This document shows, piece by piece, positions 28,561-44,217 of a stretch of 64,000 nt of DNA. Numbering within the stretch: the stretch's first letter is position 1; each line of letters starts with the position of its first letter. The DNA comes from Octopus bimaculoides (lineage: Eukaryota), in the NCBI RefSeq assembly GCF_001194135.2, contig NC_068999.1:50991456-51055455 (forward strand). The letters run 5' to 3'. Below the pieces are notes generated by a model. The model was not told where the DNA came from. It saw only the letters and a program-made list of their open reading frames with translations, and made no database searches. The position numbers were made by a program, and so were the translations under genes.

Positions 28561-29152
28561 TGTTCCCATAGGATTTCTGGAGAAGGATCTGAGCACGTGT
28601 CTATTGAGCTGGAGAAACCCTATTTAGATTCTTTTCGATAAATCTATTTTATGCTGGCCCTTTATACACGGATTTATGTCTTAATCGCAGCGCCAGGAAT
28701 CCTAGTTTGTTTTTCATGCATTTTTATGTAATAGGCGGAATTTGAATTCACAATTCGTGGAGACAGAAAACATATATTGCAAGTCGTCCGATTCCATAAT
28801 GTTATATCTTCACCAATTCATCGCCATCGATTGGTACTTTTTCATCGACCATGAAAGGATGATACCTAAAATTGACCGCATTGAGATTTCATATTAAGAA
28901 GGATGAAATCAAAATAAATACCGCGAGGCATTTTGTTTGAACAGCTAATGGCTCTGCTAATTCGACAATGTAAATAAATATTTCAGCTTTCTATGATGAA
29001 AGTTTCTGCCCCACATGTTGCCCCACACATTGGCTCGGTACCACAAATTAATATAATCTGCTTCTGTAGGGTCCCTCTGTCTACACTTTGCCGATAAAGA
29101 ATTACTAGTTTCACCGGAGTCAAGAGCAAAACATTGTTAATAATGGATTTAA

Positions 29153-29350
29153 GGCTGCGTGCAGGCAGAATTGTTAGCACGCTGGGCAAAATGCTTATCT
29201 TAATTTCGTCACTCTTTACGTTCTGTGTTCAAATTCCACTGAGGTCGACTTTGCGTTTTATCCTTTCGGGGTCGATAAAATGAATATCAGTTGAAGACTG
29301 GATTCAGTTTAATCATCTTATCTCTCCCCAGGCAGTCGCTAGCGCTATGC
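29153..29350 (+). mobile_element. SINE-B
   Basis: ggcagaattgttagcacgctgggcaaaatgctta...tgttcaaattccactgaggtcgactttgcgttttatcctttcggggtcgataaaat. Confidence 0.85.
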
Positions 29351-30102
29351 CAAAATAACAGATCTTCTGCCAGTTACGACGACTCAGTGAGAACCGATTT
29401 TTCCACATCCCTGTAAATAGAGAAACGCATTTAATCCGTTGAAAGATAAAAGAAAATGTATGACATGCTCAATCTTATACCATATTGCTACTCACACTAA
29501 TTATTAGACAATTACTGCTTAATATCATTTTTTATAAGAAAAATACATATCAATTTAAAATTTTGAGAAATAGAATGATAATAAAATGAAAATGTCAAAA
29601 AAAATCAATAATGATTTTAAAAATTAAATTGAAATATTTTTGAAAAATCTTCTTATAACAACATAGACGGAAATTGGTGATTAAGATAATCTTTGTGTAT
29701 ATTGTTTTCTTTTATAAGATTTTAATGTATAATTCTATTATAATTATCTATGAATCTCTACTTGTTGCTTGCTAAAGGCTATAATATAACATCTGCTCTG
29801 TAATAGGGGAAAAAATGCTGAAGCAAACATCACTGATTTATATTGTATTGTGGAATGTCTTCAAGATATTTTATATTTATTTAGTTAAAAAATATATAGT
29901 CATCACACTACTTCAAACCTGCTGGGAAGAACACTATAACATAGCAAAATATATTCTTTTGTTCGACATTTCAATTACAAATATTCGAATGTAAAGTGCT
30001 TCCTCCATTTATTAAATTCAAGTCACGTACAGATCTCGATTTTTGTGTCTATCTGTCTCGGCTGTCTGCGTAATAGACGTTCAATGTCGGGTAGTGTGTG
30101 TG

Positions 30103-30147
<45 letters not shown>

Positions 30148-30192
30148 ATGTGTGTGTGTGTGTGCGTGTGTGTGTGTGTGTGTGTTTGTGTA

Positions 30193-30241
<49 letters not shown>

Positions 30242-30905
30242 GCATATAGAGATACACATATACATACATATATGTAATATGCATACGCACACAGATATAT
30301 ACTGTATGGACGTGTGTATTACGTTTATCTACGTATCCTATCCATTTTTGGGGCGTTATTTGTTTTTTTAATTTTTGTTAGCTTAATTCTTTTTATTAGT
30401 AAATAATTCAATTAGATTTGTCTGATTATTTTTCAAATTACATTATCCATTACGAAAAGTCAAAACAACAAAAGAATATAAACAGACATGTATGTGTACA
30501 TGTCTATCTAAGAATCTCGATACATATGTGCATCTATGTATATTTTGACAAATATATATATATATGTGTGTGAGTGTCTACCGATATATANNNNNNNNNN
30601 NNNNNNNNNNNNNNNNNNNNNNNNNNNNNNNNNNNNNNNNNNNNNNNNNNNNNNNNNNNNNNNNNNNNNNNNNNNNNNNNNNNNNNNNNNNNNNNNNNNN
30701 NNNNNNNNNNNNNNNNNNNNNNNNNNNNNNNNNNNNNNNNNNNNNNNNNNNNNNNNNNNNNNNNNNNNNNNNNNNNNNNNNNNNNNNNNNNNNNNNNNNN
30801 NNNNNNNNNNNNNNNNNNNNNNNNNNNNNNNNNNNNNNNNNNNNNNNNNNNNNNNNNNNNNNNNNNNNNNNNNNNNNNNNNNNNNNNNNNNNNNNNNNNN
30901 NNNNN

Positions 30906-30968
<63 letters not shown>

Positions 30969-31541
30969 TACATACATAGATAGACACGTACATACAGTAT
31001 ACATATATATACAAATATACATACATATATATTAGTGTGTGTGTATGTATGTATGTATGTATGCATATATACATATACGTACGTATCTATAGCATCCAAT
31101 GAAGATAGAGATGCAAGAACAATCTAATTAGTGTTGGAAGACGGAAAGTTAAAAACCGGTAAAATGACAAACTTGTCAAAATAAACCGTCAATGAACGGA
31201 GTGAAAATTCGAGAAACCTGTCCAACTTTTATTGAATTAATCAATTAGAGTAAGTAGTAATTGTAGTTGATAAATCTATATTTGTCTTTTTTGTGTTTTC
31301 GTTTGATATTTTTTGCTTTGAATATTTGTCTTTCTTTCTCTCTTCTTCTGTCTTTCTTTCTTTTTTTTCTCTATATCTGTATGTATGTATTCATTTATTT
31401 ATTACAATAGACTATATATTGTGTACGTAAATATTTGGCAGTCATTTTCTCTTACACTGTGTCCCTGTATATACGTATATGAACACAAACACGTTCATTC
31501 ACACAGAAACACACACACAAACTCACACAAACACACACACA

Positions 31542-31621
<80 letters not shown>

Positions 31622-33016
31622 ACATACACAAATGCACACACAAACACACACACGCATGTAGGAATAGTAGATCTCGAAGCACACACATTAGGTTATAGAT
31701 AATAGCATATAAATATCGGTTTAAAAAACATTCTGAATAGAAAAGTCGAAGTCAGCCATCGTATAATTCCATCCAAAATGTTTTTAAACCGATATTTACA
31801 TACTGATATTTACAGCTTCATGTGTAGGCTTCAAGATATTCTCTTCCAACAGGAAACATTCCACCTTGTTCTTGAATGTTTATAAAATTCTTATAACGTC
31901 AACAACAACATTCACACACACACACACATACATGCACAAGAGCGTATACGAACACGCACGCAAGCGTGCACAAACGTGCTTCTGCACACTCATACACGTA
32001 CACGCATGTATATATGAAGGAATTATATATTTGTATAAAGGAAAGACTTCGGATAGACAAGTATATTGATACATACATACACAAATTCATATCATATTTA
32101 CTTAAAACGTAGTTCAATGTCTCAACTAAGTGTGAGTGTGTGTGTGTGTGTGTGCACGCGCGTCTGTTGTACATGTGAATATATGTGTATGCTTGAGCGC
32201 ATATATTTTTATGCATGAACGTGCATATGATTCTATATGCATATAAACATATTTATAAACATGTTTATATATCTTACACACACACACACACACACGCACA
32301 AACACGTACACACATACAGACACACACACACACACACACACATATGTATATATATATATAGCTCGAGAAAGTGAGTGAGAGACAGAAATGAGAAAGAGTC
32401 GAGTCACATAATTCCAATATGTTGGTCGAATGCACTTTGTTATATTATGCGATATATAATTTGTATAAATAGATTAATTCCTCGATTGGTAATATTTCCG
32501 TTTCATACTAAAATCTGACGCTCCAATTCCGTGTTGATACATTTTGTAAATGTATTATACATTTTGTAAATGTATTATACATTTTGAGATGTGTGTGTGC
32601 GCGTGTGTGTGAGAGCGCGCATATGGTATAAAGGCACATATCCTCATTCACGTATATGCGTTTGCTTATAAGTAAAGATGTTGTCCATATCCATGTAGAT
32701 TTATGTAGATATGGTATCGACATGCGAGACACTAATAAAATATACAGATAATTACAAAGACATACACAATCAACAGCAGATACCCAAAACAAGCGCACAC
32801 ACATGTCACTGTGTGCATTATACCCACCAGAGTTACTCTTTAATAAGGCACAAATTTTTGCTTTATTAACGACATTAAATTTGTTCTAATATTGTAATAG
32901 CATGCTCTTTTTACTTCAAAATTCAAGAATGATTGGCAGTGTGATATGCAAAGTGTTTTATAGCACTCATACAGAGACACACAGTCTTACACAGATATGC
33001 ACACATGCAAACACAC

Positions 33017-33087
<71 letters not shown>

Positions 33088-35574
33088 TTCATATATTTAT
33101 GTGGGTGGACAGAATTGCCTTGTAGTATTTATTCCGGCAATGAAAATCTGACCTTTTTTAAACTTCACCTTCTTCATTTGTGTCAATGAAATGAAATGGC
33201 AGCAAAGTAATGGAATTAATCCTATCCTCGCGAAGTCGTTGGCCACGCGATAGGTTCCAGCCAGGTCCTTTACTTTGCCCCAGATCCCGTTTGGATAGAA
33301 TGAGAAGTCTGACTATCTGCTACTTTTGGAAGGAATGCATTTAACTACCTACATATTCCATTTTTAGTCAACAACCTCTGCATAGCGGACTCTATGTAAT
33401 GAGGATCTTGGAGCGCAGATTCTTGAGGAGGCTATTCCAACTACCCATTTTCCAAGACGATGAAAAGGTATGGTCTCCGATTAAAAGAACCGTTTTCCAA
33501 AGCTCGGATTTTAACTATAGTTCTAGTTCAAGAAATTATCAAGATTGAGCAATGGGCATATGGAATTTCGTTAGGTACTCAGCACCATCTACCATTTGGA
33601 GAATGCGATTGTGGGAAGTTGCACTTTAAGAATATATTAGAGTCTAGTAATAATATTTCTTTTTGATTTATTGGATAAATAAGTATTTTTTATATAATTT
33701 CTTTGATTATTATTCTAATTAAGGTTAAGTTAATAGTATAACATTAAAAAATTTATTTAAAATATAGATTCGATTATATAAGTCTTGCATTTTTTTTCAA
33801 TAATTTTGTTATGCTTTTCTTTTATTTATTGGTGATATAATTATTTTTATATAAATTAATTTTAAATAAATTTAATTAATTTTTGTTAGTTTATATTAAA
33901 ATTAAAGTTATTTATTTTACGTTTATAATTTTAGTTTAACATAAAACTTCGTTTACATTTGCGCAACTTACTCCTGCATGTTTTCTTTTTGTTCTTCTTA
34001 TATAGAAATAGCTAATTAGGGAATACAGCTTCATTCCATTTCGAAGATCAGTAGAAAAAGAAACAAAAAAAAGTGTACTTGAAGGAATTTTGGTTGTTTT
34101 CCTTCGCATGAAAATACTGCAACTTAGAAACTCCCTTTTTAACTCACCACATACACTTATTTATGCTTGGTTAGCGTAACTAGCAATTGGAGAGGATTTA
34201 ATGAGATCCACATGCATACATGGAAAATGTCCATATTTATGATGGATACACCTACGATAACCATGTGGGCCTAACATCACTAAAACATTGCAAACGATAT
34301 ATAGTGAGAATAAATGTGTGCATTCTGGACAGTGACAACTTTTAGATCTCCTTTTATTGAAATCAATATGGATGGTCTATGCATTCCACATTTCCTCATT
34401 TACGCATCGATTTGGTGATATTAAGCAGCATCCATGCATCACGTTTTTGGAATATATTAACTATACAAACTAAACCAAGCTGGCCTTCATAAATATAATT
34501 CATCTATCATTCGGTTTGGAAAGAAGCATAGATATATTTGTTAGAATATATATAACGCGCGCGCGTATGTGTGTGTGAGTGTGTGTGTGTAAGTATATAT
34601 ACACCTACGTATATATATGCTCATAACGTGCAAAATCATGTGCCGCGATGCACGGACAATGCACATGTAAGTATAAATTCAAATAAGAAATAGAAGTAGG
34701 GTTAGTGTAATAAACATTACCAGCCCCATGTACTCAGTTTATAAGCCACGCATATTTTCCCGTAGGCTGCTTCTTGTGTGATGGTGAAAACTCTCTCAAA
34801 TCACCGGGTATTAAAACACGTTAGCATCTTGGGCAGTCGAGCTAACTCACTGTCAATTTCATCTAAAAGTGATGGACGTATTCTTAGATTTCTTAGTGAT
34901 GGATGTTCCTTATTTTTGCCAAACCTGGAAAAATCTCACTATTTGATACCGATTCCGAATATAGATAAAAATTGATCTATTGTTTCCCATATTCAACTTC
35001 CATGATTTTCGAAATCTGCACCTAACCGCCATAAGTAAACTGTGTCATATGGCATATGGTGTACAAAGAGAGCACTTCGATATCGGATATACTGGCACAG
35101 TCCAATATATCTGTTTTTACTTGTATATGTGATGGCCTATAATTCTGTATTTGTGTATGAAGGTCAGTTTCGATGACGGAGTACGCTATTCAATATTGAA
35201 TTGTTTCTGTAATGGAATATATTGATTTGATTGCACTGAAAATACCCAAGCCTTTCACCTTATTACATAATATTGGTTTTTACAATAGGTACACATTTTC
35301 AATAAGTACCAATATTACAATCGATTTAACCGACTTCAGTATTGATTTTGTTTTATGGCACATATTTTAATCGACTGTGGGGTAAACAAAGACAAAGCTA
35401 TCCTTCGTGGGTTTAAGATCGAAGCGTAAATAAACGTAAATAAGTATCGAATGACATATGAGGGATACGAAACGTTTCTACAATATTACATAAATATTGC
35501 TTAACATTTCATCTACACAGATTCAGGCAGTAAAACATGAGACAAAATATGTGACAATGTGTCAAAGCATAGAA

Positions 35575-35920
35575 GCTGACAGAATGGTTAGCACACTGAA
35601 TAAAATGTTTAGCGACATTTCGTCCGTCTGCATGTTAAGAGTTCAAATTTCGCCGAGGTCGACTTTGCTTTTCATCCTTCCAGAGTGAATAAAGAATTGG
35701 ACCAGCTGGACACTGGGGTAGATTTGATCAATTTAGCTGCTGCCCCGCCCTGTTGGCGAGTGCATAGAAGGCAGCGAGCTGGCAGAGTCACCAGTATGCC
35801 GGACAAAATACTTGCCAGCATTTTGTCTGTTGGTATGTTCTGAGTTCAAATTCTGTCGTGGTTAACTTTACGTCTGATAATTTCGGGGTCAATAAAATAA
35901 GCACCAGTCGAGCACTGAGT
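35575..35920 (+). mobile_element. Two adjacent SINE-B copies (~35575-35750 and ~35770-35920)
   Basis: Two successive heads (ctgacagaatggttagcacactg; gagctggcagagtcaccagtatgccggac), each followed by gagttcaaatt and the ggggtc.ata core. Confidence 0.8.
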
Positions 35921-36884
35921 TTCAAAATCTGAAACCAGTATTTGAGTAAGCATGCATTCAGCGTTGAAATCTTTCATGAGTTGATTTTGAGCTTCAAACT
36001 TCAAATTAAATACCAGTTCAAAATTGATCCCATAAAACATACTACACCAATTGCTGATGTTAGTGCGTATATTATAATGCAAAATTACAAAATGAAGAAA
36101 AGAATTCTGTAGAGTACACCATTGACTAATGTAGTTTGTAACGAAATTTTAAATTAGTTAAACTATAATATGGATAATATTGAATTTCAAAACACAATAT
36201 TGTTTTAAGATACGATATGGTTATTATTTTAACTGGTTAAAAGATGGTATTAATCATTTTATGTTTTGTTTATTTTTATATTCATATGTGATCTATAATT
36301 CGCACAAAAATTTCTTTTTCTGATTTGGTTAGTTAATATATTTTAATATCGTGAGTATAAAAGTTAAATTACGAATAATATATTGTTAAACGGATAACAT
36401 ATTGTTTTAAAATATTATTTTCTTTTCTTTGCACGAAGCGAATTCATTTTATCTTCTTTGAAAAGCTAAAAATAATTCAAAATAACATCGAAATACAATA
36501 TAAGGTATGAGATTAAATATGAAGGTGAATTACTTCTAAAAATTTCTAATAAAATCCTAATATGGCGAATGCAAGTATATTTAAAAAAAAAGAAACACTA
36601 GAGAATAGAAAAACAAAAAAAAATCAGAAAACGAGGAAAAACAATATATTTATAAGGAAATTGGAATGTCTGATATGATTAAGTAAAGATGAAATTTTTT
36701 CAAGGAACTACAATGTGAATTGAGAGCTAGAGATGACTTCAACGTAGTAAATATTCTGGTACGTATTTCGTACCAGCAACGAACAAGCAGAAATAGTAAC
36801 ATTGTTAGTCAAATTTTACGCACGTCTTTTACTCGAATCTCTTTACATACAAATTTGTACCTATACATAAATGCATATAAGGGC

Positions 36885-36990
36885 ACCCCGTTGATGTAGT
36901 TGAAATTCCAATGAAGGATCCATCGATCTAGGTTACAAACCGGCTCTTTCTCTATTGGCAAGACATCTCGAAATAAAACTGAATAATGAC
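36885..36990 (-). repeat. ~110-bp interspersed repeat joined to (GTAT)n, copy 3
   Basis: Reverse complement gtcattattcagttttatttcgagatgtcttgccaatagagaaagagccggtttgtaacctagatc... matches the copies at 58133 and 58264. Confidence 0.85.
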
Positions 36991-37161
36991 ATACATACAC
37001 ACACACACACACAGATGTATGTATATATGTATATACATATATGTGTATGTGTGCATGTATGTGGTTGTGTGTGTGTATATTATCCACATTTTATAGTAGT
37101 AGATAGCTCACGCACGTGTATATACATGTTTATGTATATATATATATATATATAAACATGC

Positions 37162-37237
<76 letters not shown>

Positions 37238-37939
37238 TAGAAGTATGTTACAAAAAGAAAATAGATAGATACACGCATGTAAGAGCCTGTGTTTGCGTGT
37301 GTGTGCTGAAGAAAAGGGGGAAGACGGAAAGAAAGGAATATTTTGAGTACTAATACTTTCATACTGGGAATGTGACATTATGCTTAAATGTTATATCTGG
37401 CTTCACACATGATTTTATGTCCAATAATATTTTCCTCTAGCACACACCGTACATTGATGAAGCAACAAAACTAAATCCGAAACCTAATCCTTCACCGTTT
37501 AATTTACTCATGGGCCATGATGTATAGATGGCTCTTGAATATTATGTTAGATCTGTGTAGAATTTAATGTTCTCTGGTTTTAAATCCCTCGGTGTGCAAA
37601 TACATACAAGTCACATACCTACCAGTTTGCCATCGATCCTTTAAACGTGAGTTATGAAATGTTCTATACAAAATCACACAGAAATACATCTTTAAACATG
37701 CGCTGCATTCCAGTACAATCGTTATTTGCACATAGGTAGAAATGCAATATATTAGTTCACAGATATTTATATATGATTATTTCGCATTTATATATAAAGT
37801 CATACATACATTTACGTATAGACATATACACATACGTATTAATTCATGCACATACTGGCATATTGGAAAGAGAGTGATGAAATAGCTACATAGGTAGATG
37901 GATAGATAAATAATCAAATACATACATATATCTATATAC

Positions 37940-37990
<51 letters not shown>

Positions 37991-38040
37991 TATACAGATA
38001 TATACACACATAGATATACATACGTATTAATAATTATTTC

Positions 38041-38301
38041 TTATTAACAGCAAATTAATCATCATCCCTCACAGCTGTTTAAGTTAATACTCAGTAAATA
38101 TTAATTAAATATTGACTTTGTATGACCTGCACATAATATCTTCAGGGTGCCAAAAATATACCCTTGGATGTTTTGTATGTATATATGGATTCATTATAGA
38201 AGATATTATGCTGAGGTCATATAAATTAAATGGTTAATTAATATTTACTGATTATTAATTGAAACAGCTGTAAAGAATGATGATTAATTTGCTGTTAATA
38301 A
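38041..38301. mobile_element. Fold-back element / MITE with ~103-bp imperfect inverted arms and a ~55-bp spacer
   Basis: Left arm 38041-38143 (ttattaacagcaaattaatcatcat..acagctgttt...cagtaaatattaatta...atgacct..cataatatcttc) is the reverse complement of right arm 38199-38301, with scattered mismatches. Confidence 0.85.
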
Positions 38302-40483
38302 TAAACAATTAATTATTATCTTCCCAATCTTCATTCTTTTCTTCTTTTATATGACTGGTATTTGTTTATATATATAGCTATTATTCTAAGGAAATTATTT
38401 TCCCCAAATACCATACATGTATGTATGCATGTATACTCATGTACATGTGTATATCTGCATCATTCGACCTGTTGCGTCAGTACGGAGATTACTTAATCTA
38501 GAACTAGTTCATTTCGCTTGGCACTTTGTTATTTTTGATTTATTTGTGTAGTGGCCAATATCAGAATAAGTTGTGTGTCTGCTGCGTTTATCTGGATTGA
38601 CTCATTATTTCATTTTTTTAAAAAAGGGGGAATTTTTCATCCCTTGCGGCTTCACAAAAACGTGAAAATTTCACAAATGGGTGAGGTATACGGCATAAGC
38701 TGTTCTGTGTGATTTTTCGGTCTTGATTGTAATCTACTACAATTAAAAGTCGACGAGCATCGTAGTTATTTATACCATTAATGTTTTACGACTCTTTGTT
38801 GCCTACTTTTCTGTTATATGCTTCTCGCTTTGTAGACACGTGGTTTCTGATTCAGTGCGGTTGCGCAGCAACTTGGACAAGTATTTTCTTGTATAGTCCA
38901 GAATTTACTGATGTCTTTTGAGTGAATTCGGGTATCAACATTTTTGTGAAACCCGTAATATTTTCATGTGTTCCTGTGTTAGTATTTTCCCACCTACTCG
39001 TTACTAACGATATTAATTAGTTTATGACTCCGTAACTTAGATGATTTGGAAACGTAACTAACAAAATAAGTGCCAGACCTAAATCTAATAAGGACTGGAG
39101 TCCATTTGTTCGGCTTAACACTTGGAAGTGGTGAGCAAGCATGGCCGTTGTACAATAACTTATGCAAGGTAAAGAATAAAAGAAGAAACGAATAAACTAT
39201 TCTAATAACTTTGTGCCTATTTTAATAGCTTTGTGATATGCTCTAGGTATAAGCCCTCTTTTTCTCTGCTCCGGCAGAACAGTTGCTCGATCGAATGGCA
39301 GTTTGTTCACATTTTTTCCTGTCGAGGATAAAGATGAAACTAGTGAGTGATATTTATGTATATTTTTTAGATTTACATTTGAAGGAAATATTAATGTAAT
39401 ATGCGAGTCAGCTTCTTATATTATCGTATCAGTTGCACATTGCTTGAATCTCTTTCATTTATTGCCAAATTATATTTACACTTTCTGCTTGGTTTTTAAT
39501 ATTGAATGTTTCTTTAAAATTCATTTCTCTTCGAAATTTCGTGTTTGTAATTTACAAGTTACAACGTGTATTCTTTTTTTTTAATGCAGGGTGTTACCTA
39601 ACTTATTCGTATACGTTCCATAATTAGACATAAATGTATATATGTTTTATTCTTGTTTTCTTTTTAATATTTCAAATCATTTTCCATAAAAATATATTTT
39701 GGCAGAAAATCAGAGAAATTTTGCATGACATAAACTTTGGCTCGATTCCCCCGGCAAATGCGTTTCATCAGAATAATTTTGCATATAATTGAAGTAAATG
39801 TTGTATCAAGCGAAGCAGTTATTCTAGAAAGATTACATATGTCACGAATCCACTCGGTGCACAAGAAATTTCTTTCGATTTAAAAAAAAGAACAGAGGTT
39901 CGTTCATGTAAAAACATGCACGATTTGTGATTACTTGACAGTGGAAAAGGAATATCATCTTATCTCATGCTGTCTTCGTTCAGGTCTCTTTATGCAAATA
40001 AAATGATTGTGTACTTCGTAAAAAGCATTCTTTGACTGTCTTACAGTATTGTAAGCATTTTCTTTTCTCCCCAAACAAAAAGAAGTGAGGTTTCATTTGA
40101 ATAATACATGTAGTTACACTTTTATAAAATGTTGAATAATTCTGCCTATTAAACTTCAATTTCCGATTCCGGTGAGTTGAATTACGTGGTTGATAAAAAC
40201 TAGATGCATTGAATTACATATACAAAGAGCACATCTTACTTAAATATGCATATGCCCAACCAAACAACTTAACAAAAGAAAGAAGTTTAATAAAATACAA
40301 TATGTCATGATTTAAACTGAAGTCATCTACAGTCTTTATATTTTGTAACTTTTTCTTCCGTGATATAATACGCTTGTATTCTATTTGTTCATGGTCACCT
40401 AGTTTTCAAAAATATATCCATATTTACACTATAAAAAAAAAATCTGATATATTTGAACACAATCATTATATGCATGGAACGCA

Positions 40484-40538
<55 letters not shown>

Positions 40539-40951
40539 TGTATGTGTGTGTGCGTGCGTATGTGTGTGTGTGTGTGTGTGTATGCGTGTACTTGTGTGTG
40601 TAGAAAAATAGATAGACATATGTAAGTATATATATGTGCGTGTTTTTTTGTGTGTGCGTTTGTGTACAACAGAATAAATAGGTGGCTTATTAGCAATTTG
40701 AACCTAAAGGCACAATTAATAGAGGTCACAAAAGTGACGGCGTGTACTGAGCAGCACCAACTATTGCTAGAAACAAGATTTAAAATAATACAAAATCCAC
40801 AAAGCACTGTACTTAATGACTGACAACGGGAGGTAAGGCTCCAGCGTATATAGCCGGATCGAACGATTTCGGATTTTGAATCATAGCATCTTAGACCTTG
40901 TCAGCGACCCTTAACGCCTAGGGTTAAACTCAACTATATTATATACCTACA

Positions 40952-41031
<80 letters not shown>

Positions 41032-41904
41032 ATAATAGACAGGGATATATCAATTGTAAAGGCACAATTTGCGTCTGGGACACTGCTATGTTTATGAAAA
41101 TAAAGCCAACTGAGTTCTGCAAGAAGGAGAAGCGTAATTTTTATTTTACTTCAATGTTCATCGATTTTCATATAACACGACATTAATGGGAAAATAAATT
41201 CTGCTTTGCAGAGGATCATGTTACGTGAAGGTTCTGTGATCTCATTGTATTCAAGGTCAATTTCATCTGGAATAAGTTGAAAACTTATAATAATAGCGTT
41301 CAATAATTAAACATCTTGCGAACTTTAGTAATGCCCTTTCAATTACTGAAGGTTTGTGATAACTATCAGGACTTTATTTTTCATTTTCGAAAATTTTCAA
41401 GATTGCGAAAAAAAAAAAAAAAGAAAAAAGGTGGCAATTAGATACAGGAATCAAATACATATTGTGGCTACGATTCTCATTCAAACTGCATTTAATTATG
41501 CACCGGTTACAGATCAGCATAAATCTGTCAGATTTTTCACAAGATCACAGTATTGAATGCTGAGATAAATCGTGTATACTCCAAGCATATCATTAACCAA
41601 AGAGTTGAAGATCTCGCTCATTAAAAGCTGCTATAAAATATTGCTATAATCGAAATGAAGTTTATTTGGATACTTTAGATATTTGGCTAAATATCAAGGC
41701 ATTACTACATTTATAGAAATTAACATGTCGTTACATCATTAATATTTGCGAACATCAAAAGACATCAATATCAACATTATTAACAGAAAACAACTCATAA
41801 ACGAAATGATAATATTGATATTGCGTATTTTAATTGATTACTGATATTATTGTTATTGTTGTTACATTTATCACCATCATATCAGTTATTTATAATCGGG
41901 AATT

Positions 41905-42025
<121 letters not shown>

Positions 42026-42374
42026 GTTGGTAATCATATTAACAGTTACATGTCCAATGAGCCAAAAAAAAAAAAGTAAAAGCAGACGTTATCTCTTGAA
42101 TGTGAATTTTTTCTTTTTTCTTTATTGCTAAAAGGAAACCAAGAGACACGTCATAGTGCTTTGATAAATCTTTACTGTCATCGCCACATTTCGAAAATTA
42201 TCTAATGATTTTATAACATTCACGTTTATGACATTAATCTAATTAAGTCCGACACGTAATTTTAGTTATCAGATCTTACCCAGCTTCACTCTTTCGTTCT
42301 CACTGTCTTTGTTTACCTTTCCCTCCTTCCTTCTCTTTCTCTCTCGTTTTCTCTTTTCTTTCTCTGCCTCTCTT

Positions 42375-42412
<38 letters not shown>

Positions 42413-43135
42413 TTCGACGTGCAATTCTTGAAGCTAGACATGAAAACTCAAATGAAAATAAAGAGTATAACCACACTCTGTTCCTTCCCAATGAACCTAT
42501 GTACATATTATAGTATAAATGATAATGCCAATTGCCAAATAATTCAGGATATAAATACTACTTTCCACTATAGGTACAAAGCCTGAAATTTTGAGGGAGG
42601 GAGCTGGCAGATAACTCAAATTCACCTTGCGAACGAAAGGGACTAGATCCGGAAAGCAATATATATCAAGAGGAATTAATCATTCAGTGATTCGTAACAG
42701 GAATATACGTACACAGCAAACACAAATTTCAGTCAGCCATTTGTACACATACATGTATAGATCAGAGATATTCTGGTTATAAATTATTTAAGAAAATACA
42801 GTTACTTCGTAATTCTTGTAGCAAAGATAAACAATAAATAGAACATCAATCGCCGATTGATTTCTTCTATTGTCAAGAAGAGATGTTGCAGACATGTCGC
42901 ATTGTACAAAGCCTTATGCAATTTCAACCACAATTAAAATGACGGATTTGTGTTCAAAACACCGACTGAATTATGGAAAACATATTTACACGACGTCTAT
43001 GGTGTTGGACTATGGAATTCTAGCAAAATACTATTATACTATATAATTTAGTACTATATTTTCTAGACAGACAGAAAGACAGATACATACATACATATAT
43101 GCATGAGTATGCATACATATGTGTGTATATGTATA

Positions 43136-43178
<43 letters not shown>

Positions 43179-44217
43179 GTGTGTGTATGTACGTCTGTAA
43201 TCTTATGTACAAGGGACGTCAAAGTATTAGAAACGGTATGACTTGGTTCGTTTGATCTGTGTAGAATCAGACGTATATATAGAAATTGTGAGCTTTTCCA
43301 CCAATATTACTTTAGGATTTTAGATTCAACATATATTTCTAGTTATGTTTACCCCTTAATTTTCAATCACGTTTAGAAACACACTTTATCACAATTTCAG
43401 TCGAATATACCATGTCTATATTGTAATATCTGTTTAAAATAGAGTTGGCGTTAGCGCAGTAGAATTCAAAATTTCAAACATAGTTGGAAATATCACTTAA
43501 ATCAACTTTCCTGGAGTATTTTATGCCTGGATATAAGAAGTCATAGATAATTGTCTCTACTCACTAATTCGTTTATGAAGTTTCATGCGGGAAATTTATC
43601 AAATCATAAATAACTGAATGGAATTTATAATATACAAGCTAAGGTTTTATAAGTGACATCTCCTTTTAATTTTCTTTCCTGTTTCACATATTGAAGAATA
43701 AATAGAAAGAAAATCAAATATCCGTTTATTCTGAATTTATTACCAGTAGACCAGAAGTGGTCGAGTGAGAATAAGTATCAGTTCAGAAGCCACGAAGTAT
43801 ATGATTGCATTACGTACAGAACTGAGCTGTAATATTACAAATTTATTTTGATTTAGTAAAATATCAATTTATTTATGATAGGATGCGTGTATCGCTCTGC
43901 AAAACATAACTTAACGGCTAAGCATAGGTTCCATTTATCGAGCGGACATTGTGATTACATACAAAGTATGTGTTGAGCTTCTGTTTTAAATAGCGTGTAA
44001 TGCTCACATACTTATTGAGAGAGACAGAGGGAGAGATAAATAGATAGATAAATACTGATATACATATATGTTTGTAACATTATGAATTGCTGTGTAAGAG
44101 CAATTATATTGAAACACAATACACTTTACCTCGTTTAAATTCTAAAATCACATGCAAAATGCATAACAGCGAAAAACTTTGTATTTACAATGCAATAACC
44201 TATAATATTTGTTGTTG

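Noticed and set aside
8900-32590. Short direct tandem duplications (8900-8970, 14200-14240, 17938-17980, 32535-32588) and a 9-bp hairpin at 25923-25948, considered as CRISPR-like or regulatory arrays
   Set aside because: Only 2-3 abutting units with no unique spacers. These are ordinary slippage duplications in a eukaryotic context, and the hairpin lacks a Helitron CTRR end.
33200-33960. Possible L1/Tx1 remnant or mitochondrial insertion (very AT-rich 33660-33960)
   Set aside because: No recognisable L1 motifs in any frame and no identifiable mitochondrial gene, tRNA or rRNA sequence. AT richness alone is not evidence.
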